From Kayfunavirus T147P5, in sequence record OZ035809.1: DNA of 40,209 bases. The stretch is one strand, 5' to 3'. Every line of letters begins with the position of its first letter. The first letter of the stretch is position 1. The notes below the pieces were generated by a model. The model was not told the origin of the DNA. It saw nothing but the letters and a program-made list of their open reading frames with translations, and did no database searches. Positions 16,499-25,195 of the stretch are shown here, one piece after another. The position numbers were made by a program, and so were the translations under genes.

Positions 16499-16900
16499 AT
16501 GTTTGATTGCATTGAGTGGACCGGGTGTCGAGATAGTTTCGGCTATGGTATGCGAAAGGTCAACGGGAAGGTCCGTAGACTACATCTGATAGCCTTCGAG
16601 GAGGCGAATGGTCAGATACCAGAGGGAATGGTCGTGAGGCACAAATGCGACAACCCTGCATGCTACAATCCAGAACACTTGGAGCTGGGGACACGGGCTG
16701 AGAACAATCACGATAGAGATGTTAGAGGTAGAACCGCTAAAGGCGTGAGACATGGAAGCTCTAAGCTTACACCTGAAATAATACAAGAGGCCAAGATGCT
16801 TTACTCAGGAGGTGGCTGGACTCACCGCTCCTTAGGTAAGAAGTATGGAGTGGGTCACCGCACACTGGCTAGAGCAATTGGAGGAGAAACATGGACTTAA
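16499..16900 (+). CDS. HNH homing endonuclease with C-terminal helix-turn-helix
   Basis: Start chosen at ATG 16499 (RBS GGAGGA 16486-16491); VVRHKCDNPACYNPEHLELGTRAENNHDR; paralogous to 22094 and 33145. Confidence 0.8.
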   Translation: MFDCIEWTGCRDSFGYGMRKVNGKVRRLHLIAFEEANGQIPEGMVVRHKCDNPACYNPEHLELGTRAENNHDRDVRGRTAKGVRHGSSKLTPEIIQEAKMLYSGGGWTHRSLGKKYGVGHRTLARAIGGETWT

Positions 16901-19059
16901 GTAACGTATATGGGTCTGATATCGAGACCAACGGTCTCCTTGACACCGTGTCCCAGTTCCATTGTGGGGTCCTGATTAATGCCGAGTCGAATGAGACCCT
17001 TAAGTATGGGGTAGCGCCGATGGTCGGTATCGTCGGTGGCTTCAAAGAGTATGTACAGAAGGTGGAAGAAATTGCTGCAACGCCTACGGGTATGCTTGTC
17101 TTCCATAACGGTATCAACTATGACGTCCCGGCTATTGACAAGCTGAAGCGTTTGTACTTTGGGAAACGATTTAACTTCCCGAAACACAAGATGATTGATA
17201 CCTTGGTGCTGGGCCGCTTGATGTATCCAAACATTAAGTTCTCAGACATGGGCGCAGTGAAAGCTGGTCGTCTGCCCCCTCAGATGATGGGACGACAGTC
17301 TCTTGAGGCTTGGGGCTATCGTCTCGGTGAGATGAAAGGTGAGTACAAACACGATTACGTTGCCAAGTGCAAGGCTGAAGGTATCGAATATAAGGCTGGG
17401 GACGAATGGTTGTTCCCGTCTCAGGAGATGCTGGACTATAACGTTCAAGACGTTGTGGTCACACTGGCGTTGTTCAAGAAGTTCCTGACTGACAAGTATT
17501 ACTTCCAGTCTGAACAGTTCGCTTTCGACCAGATTTATGCGTTGCGTCTGGAACATGATGCTGCGTGGACCTGTGCGAAGATGGAACGTAACGGCTATCC
17601 GATGAACACCGAGATGGTCGAAGGCTTATATCGTGAACTCACCGTCAAACGTGCAGAGCTGCTGGACAAGCTGCGTTCGACTTTCGGTAGCTGGTATGCA
17701 CCGAAGGGAGGCAAGGAGTTCTTCAAGCACCCACGTACAGGCAAGGACCTTCCTAAGTATCCGCGAGTCGTGTATCCTAAGGTCGGTGGCATCTTTAAGA
17801 AGCCGAAGAACAAAGCTCAACGATTAGGTCTTGAGCCTTGCGAGTTCGACTCACGAGACACGATGGAAGGAGCACCATTCACGCCAATAACTTACGTTGA
17901 GTTTAATCCGGGAAGCGGAGACCACTTAGCGAAAGTTCTGATGGAGCGTGGTTGGGAGCCTGTGGACTTCACTGACACCGGGAAACCTGTAGTTGATGAC
18001 GAGACGTTGGAACACGTTAAGTTACCAGACGCAGAGGCTCAGGCTTGCGTAGAGCTGGTCCGTGAGTATCTGGTGGTCCAGAAGCGCATCGGTCAGGCTG
18101 CTGAAGGTAAGAACGCATGGTTGAAACTTGTAGGTCCAGACGGACGTATGCACGGTTCAATCAACCCATGTGGTGCAGTAACCGGACGTGCGACCCATAG
18201 TTCACCAAACATGGCTCAGGTACCGGCTAACGGTGCTCCGTATGGTGAGACTTGCCGTGGTGCTTTTGGTGCAGCGTGGAACAAGAAGGACGGTAAACCA
18301 GACCCTTGGATTCAAGTAGGTGTGGATGCTTCGGGTCTTGAGCTTCGTTGTCTGGGGAATCGAGCGGCTCCGTTTGATGGTGGAGACTATGCGAAGACTG
18401 TGGTCGAAGGTGACATCCACTGGGCCAACGCAGTCAACGCTGGGTTAGCACCTACCGTTCCACGCGATAAGTCGAACCACGACCACGATGCTTTCCGTAA
18501 TAACGCCAAGACGTTCATCTATGCGTTCCTGTATGGTGCAGGGGCCGCGAAGATTGGACTTATAGTTGGAGGTGGTAAGAAGGAAGGTGCGGCCCTGATG
18601 AAGAAATTCATTGAGGGCACACCAGCTATCAAGGACCTGCGAGAGGCTGTGCAGAACACGCTCATCTCAGAGTCGAAGTGGGTAGATGGTGAGAACATCG
18701 TGAAGTGGAAACGTCGCTGGCTGAAAGGTCTGGATGGTCGCCGCATTCACATCCGGTCGCCACACTCAGCACTTAACGCTCTACTTCAGGGTGATGGTGC
18801 GGTTGTCTGTAAGCACTGGATGGTACTGACTGAGAAGAAACTTGAAGAGGCTGGTTACGGTAACGGATGGGACGGTGACTTTGCGCTAATGGCTTGGATT
18901 CACGATGAATTGCAGATAGCGTGCCGTACTCAGGAGATAGCAGAAGATGTCGTCCGTATTGCTCAAGAGGCGATGCGCGAGGTCGGACGCTTCTATAACT
19001 TCAAGTGTGAACTTGATACGGAGGGTAAGATTGGACCAACGTGGAAAGAGTGTCATTGA
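16891..19059 (+). CDS. DNA polymerase (T7 gp5-like, family A)
   Basis: 722 aa; exo motif SDIETNGLL; pol motifs GKPWIQ.G.DASGLELR, RDNAKTFIYAFLYGAG, HDELQ; collinear with T7 gp5. Confidence 0.95.
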   Translation: MDLSNVYGSDIETNGLLDTVSQFHCGVLINAESNETLKYGVAPMVGIVGGFKEYVQKVEEIAATPTGMLVFHNGINYDVPAIDKLKRLYFGKRFNFPKHKMIDTLVLGRLMYPNIKFSDMGAVKAGRLPPQMMGRQSLEAWGYRLGEMKGEYKHDYVAKCKAEGIEYKAGDEWLFPSQEMLDYNVQDVVVTLALFKKFLTDKYYFQSEQFAFDQIYALRLEHDAAWTCAKMERNGYPMNTEMVEGLYRELTVKRAELLDKLRSTFGSWYAPKGGKEFFKHPRTGKDLPKYPRVVYPKVGGIFKKPKNKAQRLGLEPCEFDSRDTMEGAPFTPITYVEFNPGSGDHLAKVLMERGWEPVDFTDTGKPVVDDETLEHVKLPDAEAQACVELVREYLVVQKRIGQAAEGKNAWLKLVGPDGRMHGSINPCGAVTGRATHSSPNMAQVPANGAPYGETCRGAFGAAWNKKDGKPDPWIQVGVDASGLELRCLGNRAAPFDGGDYAKTVVEGDIHWANAVNAGLAPTVPRDKSNHDHDAFRNNAKTFIYAFLYGAGAAKIGLIVGGGKKEGAALMKKFIEGTPAIKDLREAVQNTLISESKWVDGENIVKWKRRWLKGLDGRRIHIRSPHSALNALLQGDGAVVCKHWMVLTEKKLEEAGYGNGWDGDFALMAWIHDELQIACRTQEIAEDVVRIAQEAMREVGRFYNFKCELDTEGKIGPTWKECH

Positions 19060-19090
19060 CCATCGAACCCAGACCCTACGCTTCCATACC

Positions 19091-19366
19091 ATGCCTACCG
19101 GATGTATCGTCTGCGTGTCCCACAAGAGGAACCAAGATGGGTACTTCCGGTACTCCATGGGAAGCTACAGGAAGGGCAACAAGTTCGCCTTCATGTTCCA
19201 CCGATGGGTGTGGGAGCAGAAGCGCGGACCTATACCAAATGGCTACGAGATAGACCATTTATGCTTGAACCGTGGGTGCTGCAACATAGAGCATCTACAG
19301 TGTATTCCAAAACGCGAACACGTCATTAAGACGAACCGTGAGCGCAAACTTGTTAAGAAGGAGTAA
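19091..19366 (+). CDS. HNH endonuclease (T7 gene 5.3 position)
   Basis: Frame open from within the DNAP 3' end; first ATG after DNAP stop at 19091 (no obvious RBS); GYEIDHLCLNRGCCNIEHLQCIPKREH. Confidence 0.6.
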   Translation: MPTGCIVCVSHKRNQDGYFRYSMGSYRKGNKFAFMFHRWVWEQKRGPIPNGYEIDHLCLNRGCCNIEHLQCIPKREHVIKTNRERKLVKKE

Positions 19367-19371
19367 CCACA

Positions 19372-19656
19372 ATGGCTATGACCAAACGTATGCGAGTAAG
19401 TTTTGACCTGAAGATGGTTGTTAGCTCAAAGGAAGAAGAGACCATGTGTTGCCAACTAGCTGAGCTTACTAAAGCCTACGCTGGTGGTGAGAAGCTGGAC
19501 GGACTTCAGTTGGCTATGGTCAAAGCAGCTATTGAGTTAGGACCTGAGTCTGCTCTTGAGCTGGCACTGAAGAAGGCCCTCAAGGAGGTGATTGTGGAGG
19601 GGTTCGATGGAGACCAGTTCAATGTCTCCAACTTCCGCTTCGAGGTGAAACGATGA
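19372..19656 (+). CDS. gp5.5-like protein
   Basis: 94 aa; N-terminus MAMTKRMRVSFD resembles T7 gp5.5 (MAMTKKFKVSFD); position between DNAP and gp5.7. Confidence 0.65.
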   Translation: MAMTKRMRVSFDLKMVVSSKEEETMCCQLAELTKAYAGGEKLDGLQLAMVKAAIELGPESALELALKKALKEVIVEGFDGDQFNVSNFRFEVKR

Positions 19657-19862
19657 GTGAATACTTACGGGTCCTAGCGGCCCTTAAGTCCTGCCCGAAG
19701 ACCTTCCAGTCCAACTATGTGCGCAACAACGCTGCACTTGTGGCTGAGGCTGCGAGTCGTGGACATCTAAGCTGCCTGTCTATGGATGGGCGTAACAACG
19801 GTGCGTGGGAGATTACAGCTGCTGGCACCAAATTCCTGAACCAACACGGAGGATGCCTGTGA
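19653..19862 (+). CDS. gp5.7-like protein
   Basis: 69 aa; LKSCPKTFQSNYVRNNAALVAEAASRGHLSCL...NGAWEITAAGTKFL almost identical to T7 gp5.7. Confidence 0.85.
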   Translation: MSEYLRVLAALKSCPKTFQSNYVRNNAALVAEAASRGHLSCLSMDGRNNGAWEITAAGTKFLNQHGGCL

Positions 19863-20725
19863 GCGAAAAGAAAATAGCTCTGGTGCTAGACGGTGACTAC
19901 TTAGTGTTCTCTTCTATGGCTGCTGCCGAGGACGAGACAGACTGGGGTGATGGCATATGGACCCTTATCTGCGACCATGAGAAGGCTCGTCGTATCCTTG
20001 AGAACACCATCGCTGAAATCGTTAAGAAGCGTAAGGCGTGGAAAGACGCTAAGATTGTGATGTGCTTTACTGACGATAACAACTGGCGTAAGGACGTGCT
20101 ACCTACCTATAAGGCCAATCGTAAAGGTTCCCGCAAGCCTGTAGGTTACAAGAAGTTCGTAGCCGAAGTGATGGCTGACCCACGGTTCAACAGCTTCCTG
20201 CGTCCTACGCTTGAGGGCGATGACTGTATGGGTATCATCGGGACCAGACCTCAGATTGTTGGATGTGACCATGCGGTTCTGGTGTCCTGTGATAAGGACT
20301 TCAAGACCATCCCGAACTGCGAGTTCTTCTGGTTAACCACTGGTGAAATACTAAGTCATACGACTGCTGAGGCAGACTACTGGCACATGGAGCAGACCAT
20401 CAAGGGTGACACTACAGATGGTTATGGCGGGATTCCTGGGATGGGTGAGGACACCACTCGTGCGTTCCTTGACGAGCCGTACTACTTCGTGCAGGAGAGC
20501 CGTGAGCTTAAGACTGGCAAGAACAAAGGCCAGATTAAGACTGAGTGGAAGAAGTACCCTAAGCGTGAAGACATGACGCTGTGGGACTGCATGGTGACTC
20601 TGGCTGCTAAAGCTGGGATGACCGAGGAGGAACTTCTGGTCCAAGCTCAGGTAGCTCGTATTTGCCGAGCCTCTGACTATGACCCTAAGTCAAAGGAGGT
20701 CATCCTATGGACACCATCCATGTAA
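19853..20725 (+). CDS. 5'-3' exonuclease (T7 gp6-like)
   Basis: Start at ATG 19853 (RBS GGAGGA 19847-19852) rather than 19805; LDGDYLVF, NWRK...YKANRK..KPVGY, SCDKDFKTIPNC, IKGD.TDGY.GI.G, AKAGMTEE match T7 gp6. Confidence 0.9.
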   Translation: MPVSEKKIALVLDGDYLVFSSMAAAEDETDWGDGIWTLICDHEKARRILENTIAEIVKKRKAWKDAKIVMCFTDDNNWRKDVLPTYKANRKGSRKPVGYKKFVAEVMADPRFNSFLRPTLEGDDCMGIIGTRPQIVGCDHAVLVSCDKDFKTIPNCEFFWLTTGEILSHTTAEADYWHMEQTIKGDTTDGYGGIPGMGEDTTRAFLDEPYYFVQESRELKTGKNKGQIKTEWKKYPKREDMTLWDCMVTLAAKAGMTEEELLVQAQVARICRASDYDPKSKEVILWTPSM

Positions 20726-20799
20726 TATACTGGGCCGGACTTCTGGCCCTTTACTGCATGTACAAGTGGTTCGGGTCGAACAACCGCCCCAAACACTGA
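20707..20799 (+). CDS. small membrane protein (gene 6.3 position)
   Basis: Not in ORF track (30 aa); MDTIHVIYWAGLLALYCMYKWFGSNNRPKH; overlaps the gp6 3' end in another frame. Confidence 0.3.
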   Translation: MDTIHVIYWAGLLALYCMYKWFGSNNRPKH

Positions 20800-20851
20800 G
20801 TCTAACAGATAGTCATATCCTATCAATCCAATAGTCATCCATAGGTGAAAC

Positions 20852-20874
20852 ACTAAACTATCACTATAGGGACT
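20852..20874 (+). promoter_or_regulatory. phage RNAP promoter (phi6.5-like)
   Basis: CTAAACTATCACTATAGGGACTT; +1 about 20869. Confidence 0.8.
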
Positions 20875-20935
20875 TTAGGACCTAAGATATGACTATAAGA
20901 TAGACTTTAGTCTTAACTTAAAGAGGAGATTCAAG

Positions 20936-21208
20936 ATGGCGATTAATGCTATTGAAAACGTTGTTAAGCAGTTACAGGAAGAAAGACTCGATGTCCCGAA
21001 CATCTCCCAGTCTGCCATCCAGTTCATGCACGTATTGTTTAACGCAAGCTACGCTGAGAAGATGGGAGCTATCAGTCTCCTCAAGCAGCAAGGCTACAGC
21101 GATGCGTTCATTGCCGGATTCATCAAGGGTCTCCAGTATTGTTCTGACACTCTCGACTCTGCGATTGCTATGCGTCGTGAGCTGAAAGATACCGTTCAGT
21201 TCGATTAA
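20936..21208 (+). CDS. gp6.5-like protein
   Basis: 90-aa ORF with RBS AGAGGAG; assigned by position. Confidence 0.6.
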   Translation: MAINAIENVVKQLQEERLDVPNISQSAIQFMHVLFNASYAEKMGAISLLKQQGYSDAFIAGFIKGLQYCSDTLDSAIAMRRELKDTVQFD

Positions 21209-21222
21209 CTGTAGGAGGGACT

Positions 21223-21447
21223 ATGTGTTTCAGTCCAAAGATTAGCACTCCGAAGCCTTCGGTCCAAGCACCTGAACCAGCACCTCTGAGTGAGGAAGTT
21301 GCGTCAGTTGACATCGGGGCTGAATCGGATGTGGACACCAATGAGACCAAAGGTATCAAAGACCTTAAGGTTAAGAAGGAGTCTGCGCCTAAAGATAAAT
21401 CGTCAGTGAGTCGCGCTATGCGAGCCTCTGGCGTCAACATGGGGTAA
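21223..21447 (+). CDS. gp6.7-like virion protein
   Basis: 74 aa; MCFSPKISTPK...EPAPL..EV.SV resembles T7 gp6.7 N-terminus. Confidence 0.75.
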   Translation: MCFSPKISTPKPSVQAPEPAPLSEEVASVDIGAESDVDTNETKGIKDLKVKKESAPKDKSSVSRAMRASGVNMG

Positions 21448-21451
21448 GACA

Positions 21452-21856
21452 ATGCTACCATATCTCAACTCACGCGAAGGTCGCCACATGTGCGCCTGTC
21501 GCCTCTGGGAAGACGGGCAGTCTAACTTCAAGTCATTCGAGGACTTCAAGGCTCATACTTACCGTATGGCTGACGAGTTCGACGGTGAAGAGTACACAAT
21601 CTACGATGTCTCAGGTCAACCAGTAGCGTATCTCTACATGCTGGCTACCGCATCATGGCACCGACCGACTCCCGGTCTTGACCTTTCAATCGTCGCTATT
21701 CGTCGTGACTCGCAGTCCTCCCGCAAGGTTCTTGAGACTGTCAGACACATCATAGACGAAGAGTGCAAGCGTTGGGGTCTTGGCTGGTATTCTCGTGTCA
21801 AGCATGTTTCCGGGTCGGTAGACATCGTAACAACTAAGGAGATTAATCGTGGGTAA
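21452..21856 (+). CDS. gp7-like protein (host-range/virion assembly, by position)
   Basis: 134-aa ORF between 6.7 and 7.3 homologs; assigned by synteny only. Confidence 0.55.
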   Translation: MLPYLNSREGRHMCACRLWEDGQSNFKSFEDFKAHTYRMADEFDGEEYTIYDVSGQPVAYLYMLATASWHRPTPGLDLSIVAIRRDSQSSRKVLETVRHIIDEECKRWGLGWYSRVKHVSGSVDIVTTKEINRG

Positions 21857-22097
21857 ATCAATCAGTAAGGCTTTCAAGAAAGTGGTGAACAATGCGTTGG
21901 GGACCGTTGGTCTTGGCTCTGATGACGCACCTAAGGTTGTTGAGGCTAAGACCCCAGCAGCACCAGTGGAAGTACCGAACGACAAAGTGGAGGATGTGGA
22001 TACTGAAACAACCGCATCTGACGAGAAGAAAGTGAAGCGTTCCGGTAAGCGTAGCCTTCAGGTCTCTCGTACCTCTGGTGGCGGTATTTCTATATGA
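21849..22097 (+). CDS. gp7.3-like tail-associated protein
   Basis: 82 aa; N-terminus MGKSISKAFKK and C-terminal SGKRSLQVSRTSGGGISI resemble T7 gp7.3. Confidence 0.75.
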   Translation: MGKSISKAFKKVVNNALGTVGLGSDDAPKVVEAKTPAAPVEVPNDKVEDVDTETTASDEKKVKRSGKRSLQVSRTSGGGISI

Positions 22098-22486
22098 CAC
22101 CATGTCATGAATGGGGTGGATACTGCACCAAGGATGGCTACGGTGAAACTAGGGTAGATGGGCGCAAGGTTCGCGTTCATCGCCTAGAGTGGACGAAACA
22201 CTACGGACCCATTCCGCATGACAAAGTGGTTCGCCACAAGTGTGACAACCCTAAGTGTTTTAATATTGAACACCTAGAGTTAGGAACAACACAGGATAAC
22301 ACGGCTGACAGAGTGTCTCGTGGTCGAAGCGCCAAAGGAGAGGATAACGGTAACGCCATCCTCACTATTGATATTGTTAATGAGATTCGCGAAAGTAGCA
22401 TGTCTCAGCGCAAAATAGCGAAGACCTATGGAGTGTCACAGTCTACCGTATCTAAAATCAAACGCAATGTAACGTGGAGGTCATAA
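22094..22486 (+). CDS. HNH homing endonuclease with C-terminal helix-turn-helix (T7 gene 7.7 position)
   Basis: VVRHKCDNPKCFNIEHLELGTTQDNTADRVSRGRSAKG; C-terminal QRKIAKTYGVSQSTVSKI HTH-like; paralog of 16499 and 33145. Confidence 0.85.
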   Translation: MTPCHEWGGYCTKDGYGETRVDGRKVRVHRLEWTKHYGPIPHDKVVRHKCDNPKCFNIEHLELGTTQDNTADRVSRGRSAKGEDNGNAILTIDIVNEIRESSMSQRKIAKTYGVSQSTVSKIKRNVTWRS

Positions 22487-22487
22487 C

Positions 22488-24056
22488 ATGGCAGAACGTG
22501 AAGGATTTGCCGCTGAAGGCGCGAAGTCAGTTTATGATAGATTGAAGAACGGACGACAGCCTTACGAGACCCGCGCACAGAACTGCGCTGCCGTGACCAT
22601 CCCCTCGCTATTTCCCAAGGAGTCCGACAACTCCTCTACGGAATACGTGACGCCGTGGCAAGCTGTAGGTGCTCGCTGCTTGAACAACTTGGCTGCAAAG
22701 CTGATGTTGGCGTTATTCCCTCAGTCACCGTGGATGCGACTGACAGTCTCCGAATATGAGGCAAAGACCTTGAGTCAGGACTCAGAGGCGGCTGCGCGTG
22801 TTGACGAAGGGCTGGCTATGGTAGAGCGTGTGTTGATGGCCTACATGGAGACTAACAGTTTCCGTGTCCCATTGTTCGAGGCTCTGAAGCAGCTTATCGT
22901 CTCCGGTAACTGTCTGCTCTACATTCCAGAGCCTGAACAGGGAACCTACAGTCCCATGCGAATGTACCGCTTAGTGTCCTACGTTGTTCAACGTGATGCG
23001 TTCGGTAACATCTTGCAGATTGTGACTCTCGACAAGGTAGCGTTTAGTGCTCTACCGGAAGACGTGAAGTCTCAACTCAACGCAGACGACTATGAGCCTG
23101 ACACCGAGCTGGAAGTGTATACGCACATCTACCGTCAGGACGACGAGTATCTGCGCTACGAGGAAGTGGAAGGCATTGAGGTAACAGGGACCGATGGTTC
23201 ATATCCTCTGACTGCCTGTCCGTACATCCCTGTACGAATGGTTCGACTGGATGGTGAAGACTATGGTCGTTCTTACTGCGAGGAGTATCTTGGAGACCTG
23301 AACTCGCTGGAGACGATTACAGAAGCTATTACCAAAATGGCTAAGGTAGCCTCCAAGGTGGTGGGCCTCGTTAACCCGAACGGTATCACGCAACCTCGTC
23401 GTCTGAACAAGGCGGCTACAGGTGAGTTCGTGGCTGGTCGCGTTGAGGACATCAACTTCCTGCAACTGACGAAGGGTCAGGACTTTACGATTGCCAAGTC
23501 GGTGGCTGACGCTATCGAGCAACGTTTAGGATGGGCCTTCCTTCTTAATAGTGCTGTTCAGCGTAATGCCGAGCGAGTCACTGCTGAAGAGATTCGTTAT
23601 GTTGCTGGCGAACTGGAGGCGACCTTAGGTGGCGTGTACTCAGTACAGTCACAAGAGCTTCAGTTACCTATCGTCCGTGTGCTGATGAACCAGCTTCAGT
23701 CTGCTGGAATGATTCCTGACCTTCCGAAAGAAGCGGTAGAGCCTACTGTCTCCACTGGTCTGGAAGCGTTAGGTCGTGGTCAGGACTTAGAGAAGCTGAC
23801 TCAGGCAGTCAACATGATGACCGGGCTACAGCCTCTACAACAGGACCCAGACATTAACTTGCCTACACTGAAGCTGCGACTGCTGAATGCCTTAGGCATT
23901 GACACCGCTGGTCTGCTACTGACTCAGGACGAGAAGTTGCAACGCATGGCTGAACAATCCGCTCAAGGAGCTGTGGTCAACGGTGCGTCTGCTGCTGGTG
24001 CTAACATGGGTGCTGCTGTAGGTCAGGGAGCTGGTGAGGACATGGCTCAAGCCTAA
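22488..24056 (+). CDS. portal (head-tail connector) protein (T7 gp8-like)
   Basis: 522-aa ORF directly upstream of scaffold and capsid genes; size and position as T7 gp8. Confidence 0.9.
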   Translation: MAEREGFAAEGAKSVYDRLKNGRQPYETRAQNCAAVTIPSLFPKESDNSSTEYVTPWQAVGARCLNNLAAKLMLALFPQSPWMRLTVSEYEAKTLSQDSEAAARVDEGLAMVERVLMAYMETNSFRVPLFEALKQLIVSGNCLLYIPEPEQGTYSPMRMYRLVSYVVQRDAFGNILQIVTLDKVAFSALPEDVKSQLNADDYEPDTELEVYTHIYRQDDEYLRYEEVEGIEVTGTDGSYPLTACPYIPVRMVRLDGEDYGRSYCEEYLGDLNSLETITEAITKMAKVASKVVGLVNPNGITQPRRLNKAATGEFVAGRVEDINFLQLTKGQDFTIAKSVADAIEQRLGWAFLLNSAVQRNAERVTAEEIRYVAGELEATLGGVYSVQSQELQLPIVRVLMNQLQSAGMIPDLPKEAVEPTVSTGLEALGRGQDLEKLTQAVNMMTGLQPLQQDPDINLPTLKLRLLNALGIDTAGLLLTQDEKLQRMAEQSAQGAVVNGASAAGANMGAAVGQGAGEDMAQA

Positions 24057-24074
24057 ACTATCACTATAGGAACA
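24052..24074 (+). promoter_or_regulatory. phage RNAP promoter (phi9-like)
   Basis: CCTAAACTATCACTATAGGAACA; overlaps portal stop. Confidence 0.8.
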
Positions 24075-24145
24075 ACGTCTGGTCTACAATTTGTAGGTTT
24101 CTAGTCCAGTTGTTCCTACCATTTCAATCAAAGGAGAATGACTCA

Positions 24146-25069
24146 ATGTCCCAATCAGTTTATGCCGAGTTCGGCGTTAGCCCTAATGCAATCACTGGCT
24201 CCGTTGAGGACCTTAACGAACACCAGAAGTCTATGCTTGAACAGGACGTAGCTGTTCGCGATGGCGATGACGCTATTACCTTCAAGCAACTGGAAGCCGA
24301 AAACGAAGAGGCGACCGAAGAAGACGAGAACGTCGAAGAGGCTGAGGGTGAAGAAGACCACGAGTCCGATGACGAAGAGTCTGAGACCGATGGTGAGCAG
24401 CCTGAGTTCATCGAACTAGGTGATGCACCGAAAGAGCAGCCTGAGTTCATCGAACTAGGTGATGCACCGAAAGAGCTGACTGAAAGTGTCACCGCTCTGG
24501 ATGAAAACGAAGCTGCATTTGACGACATGGTGTCTTCTGCTGTAGAAGCTGGCAAGGTCACTGCTGATGAAATTACCGCTATCAAGGCTGAATACGCCAA
24601 GGACGGTAAGCTGTCTGACGCATCCTACGCTAAGTTGCAGGAAGCAGGTTACACCAAGCGCTTCGTAGATTCGTTTGTCCGTGGTCAGGAAGCTCTGGCT
24701 GAACAGTATGCCGCTGGTGTGGTTCGCTACGCTGGTGGTGCTGAACAGTTTAATCGCATCCTGTCACACCTTGAGTCCAACGACCCGTCAACTCGTGAAG
24801 CACTGGAAGCTGCTATCGTTCGTAAGGACATTGCGACTACCAAAGCTCTGCTGAATCTGGCTGGCAAGACTCTTGGTAAAGCTGTAGGCGTTAAACCTCA
24901 GCGTACCATCACCAATCAGGCTAAACCTGTGGTAGCACCTAAGGCTACTAAGACCGAAGCATTCAGCTCTAAGGCTGACATGATTAAGGCTATGAGTGAC
25001 CCGCGATACCTGCGTGACGCTAAGTACACGATGGAAGTGCGCGCTAAGGTAGCTGCATCGAGCCTGTAG
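24146..25069 (+). CDS. capsid assembly scaffolding protein (T7 gp9-like)
   Basis: Start at ATG 24146 (RBS AAGGAG 24131-24136) rather than 24110; acidic; VRDGDDAI, SYAKL.E.GYTK.FVDSFVRGQEALAEQY, IKAMSDPRY match T7 gp9. Confidence 0.85.
   Translation: MSQSVYAEFGVSPNAITGSVEDLNEHQKSMLEQDVAVRDGDDAITFKQLEAENEEATEEDENVEEAEGEEDHESDDEESETDGEQPEFIELGDAPKEQPEFIELGDAPKELTESVTALDENEAAFDDMVSSAVEAGKVTADEITAIKAEYAKDGKLSDASYAKLQEAGYTKRFVDSFVRGQEALAEQYAAGVVRYAGGAEQFNRILSHLESNDPSTREALEAAIVRKDIATTKALLNLAGKTLGKAVGVKPQRTITNQAKPVVAPKATKTEAFSSKADMIKAMSDPRYLRDAKYTMEVRAKVAASSL
24395..24472 (+). repeat. perfect 39-bp tandem duplication inside the scaffold gene
   Basis: GAGCAGCCTGAGTTCATCGAACTAGGTGATGCACCGAAA occurs twice back to back (24395-24433, 24434-24472), encoding EQPEFIELGDAPK x2 in frame. 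Confidence 0.9.
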
Positions 25070-25070
25070 G

Positions 25071-25093
25071 ACTAAACTATCACTATAGGGAGA
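25071..25093 (+). promoter_or_regulatory. phage RNAP promoter (phi10-like, strongest consensus match)
   Basis: TAAACTATCACTATAGGGAGACC with GGGAGA initiating sequence; about 100-nt leader before capsid gene. Confidence 0.85.
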
Positions 25094-25195
25094 CCAAGAG
25101 ACAGACTCAAGGTTTCCCTATTACTTCAGTCCATACGGATTGGGCGTACAGTAAGTAATAAACTTTATCTTTCAATTGAATAGGAGAATTATCAT

